Assembly: GCA_965648935.1 (NCBI GenBank)
Contig: CBFGIY010000056.1
Span: forward strand, 1-16,564
Reading direction: 5' to 3'
Source of the DNA: a candidate division WOR-3 bacterium
GTDB lineage: Bacteria > Hydrothermota > Tepidihabitantia > Tepidihabitantales > Tepidihabitantaceae
DNA: 16,564 nucleotides
The translations under genes were made by a program, and so were the position numbers. Below the pieces are notes generated by a model. That model searched no databases. It was not told the origin of the DNA and saw only the letters and a list, made by a program, of their open reading frames with translations. How positions within the stretch are numbered: the stretch's first letter is position 1; each line of letters begins with the position of its first letter. This document shows positions 15,444-16,564 of the stretch, one piece after another.

Positions 15444-16484
15444 ATGCGTATCACAGTGTCGGCCGGCGAACCTTCCGGAGCCCTGCTTGGAGGGTTGCTT
15501 GCTCAGGCAATCAGCCGCGCCCGGCCATCTGTGAGAATCGACTGGCTCGAGCCGAGCCGCGCTGGCATCCTGGGTTTCTTTGAAGGCGCGAGAGCCGCGG
15601 CCAGTCTGCCGAAAGCGCTGGCCGGGGCAGCACGCAGTCTGAGGCAGACACGTCCCGGACTCGTGGTCCTGGTCGCATACCCGGGCTTCAATCTGCCATT
15701 GGGTGTCCACTGCCGTCGGCTTGGAATCCCGGTGCTTTACCTGGCACCGCCCCAGGCGTGGGCGTGGGGACGGGCACGCGCTCACTGGCTGCGGCGCGCG
15801 ACCGACGTCGCGGTGTGCCTGTTCGACTTTGAGGTGGACGTGCTGAAACGTGCCGGGGTTGAGGCCGTGTACCTGGGGTACCCGCTGTTGGACCACGTGG
15901 CCGAGCGTTTGTCTGACGAGGCTTCGCATCTGCCAGATGGCACATGTTGCGTAGCATTCTTTCCCGGGTCGCGGTCGGCCGAGCGGCGCTGGCACGTGCC
16001 GCTCTTCGCGCAGGTTCTTGCCCGGCTTCGGCGCAGCTATCCCGGCTTGCGCGGGCTGGTGTCGCTGCCTCGTGGCGCTGTTGCCATTGGCGGCCTTGAG
16101 GCGGTATACGATTCGCGTTACGCGCTGCTGCGCGACGCGTCCTGCGCCGTTCTTGCTTCGGGTACCGTGACTCTCGAGGCGGCGATTGCCGGCACGCCGA
16201 TGGTCGTGAGCTATCACCTCTCCGCAGTCTCGCGTGTGGCGGCCCGGCTGATGGTTCGAACGCCGCATTTCGCCCTGCCCAATATAATCGCGCGGAGGCG
16301 AGTCGTGCCCGAATTGCTCGAGCCGACCCCGCAGGGCCTTACGGTCGAGGTCCTGGGGCTGCTCGGCGATGCGGCGCGAGCGGCACGAATGCGCTCCGAC
16401 TTGGAGAAGGTGTGTGACCGGCTCGGGCCGCGGGGCGGCATCGAGCGAGCCGCCGAGCTGGCGCTGGCGCTCGCCCGGACCTGA
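15444..16484 (+). CDS. lpxB: Lipid-A-disaccharide synthase-like glycosyltransferase (GT19), divergent
   Basis: Contains SAGEPSG, YPGFN, PPQAWAW, PGSR, ASGTVTLE and LPNIIA..VVPELL. Several conserved acidic residues are substituted (see findings). Confidence 0.85.
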   Translation: MRITVSAGEPSGALLGGLLAQAISRARPSVRIDWLEPSRAGILGFFEGARAAASLPKALAGAARSLRQTRPGLVVLVAYPGFNLPLGVHCRRLGIPVLYLAPPQAWAWGRARAHWLRRATDVAVCLFDFEVDVLKRAGVEAVYLGYPLLDHVAERLSDEASHLPDGTCCVAFFPGSRSAERRWHVPLFAQVLARLRRSYPGLRGLVSLPRGAVAIGGLEAVYDSRYALLRDASCAVLASGTVTLEAAIAGTPMVVSYHLSAVSRVAARLMVRTPHFALPNIIARRRVVPELLEPTPQGLTVEVLGLLGDAARAARMRSDLEKVCDRLGPRGGIERAAELALALART

Positions 16485-16506
16485 TTCCTAGCCCGCCCCG
16501 GAACTG

Positions 16507-16562
16507 CCCCCCCCCCCCCCCCCGCCCCCCCCCCCCGCGTACCCCCCCCCCCCCCCGCCCCC
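16507..16562. repeat. Low-complexity poly-C tract at the window end
   Basis: Long C runs interrupted by a few other bases. It may be a sequencing or assembly artefact. Confidence 0.6.
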
Positions 16563-16564
16563 GG

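Noticed and set aside
15426..16268. 280-aa minus-strand ORF
   Set aside because: It is an antisense shadow of the lpxB-like gene with no recognisable motifs.
1..16564. CRISPR arrays, IS elements, integrases, prophage or defence genes
   Set aside because: No spaced direct repeats, terminal inverted repeats or matching protein motifs were seen.

Overview
This is a GC-rich bacterial chromosomal window with no mobile element, CRISPR array, rRNA or tRNA that I can see. The lineage cannot be proven from sequence alone; the gene content fits an anaerobic diderm with T9SS-type C-terminal sorting domains. In order it holds: (1) a minus-strand prfA-prmC-nadK operon; (2) a minus-strand operon encoding a two-subunit CoA-transferase (GctA/GctB-like) and two acyl-CoA dehydrogenases; (3) a divergent cytoplasmic group 3 [NiFe]-hydrogenase pair (MvhG/MvhA-like, with no mvhD, hdr or maturation genes in the window); (4) a GT2 glycosyltransferase, a WbaP-like phosphoglycosyl transferase and a PorZ-like beta-propeller protein; (5) a minus-strand agmatinase followed by a 53-aa cysteine-rich ORF missing from the ORF track; (6) a divergent LpxB-like gene; (7) a terminal poly-C tract. 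The most notable observations are the small protein with a duplicated CCxxCxx[YF]xSC motif, an acyl-CoA dehydrogenase lacking its trans-acting FAD-binding motifs (a possible heteromeric enzyme), and an LpxB homolog with Ala at the E. coli Asp98-equivalent position. Also worth checking are the porZ/wbaP/lpxB-like clustering, several probably near-leaderless promoters, a 5-codon coupling mini-ORF, and operons whose genes sit in one frame separated by single TAG codons.
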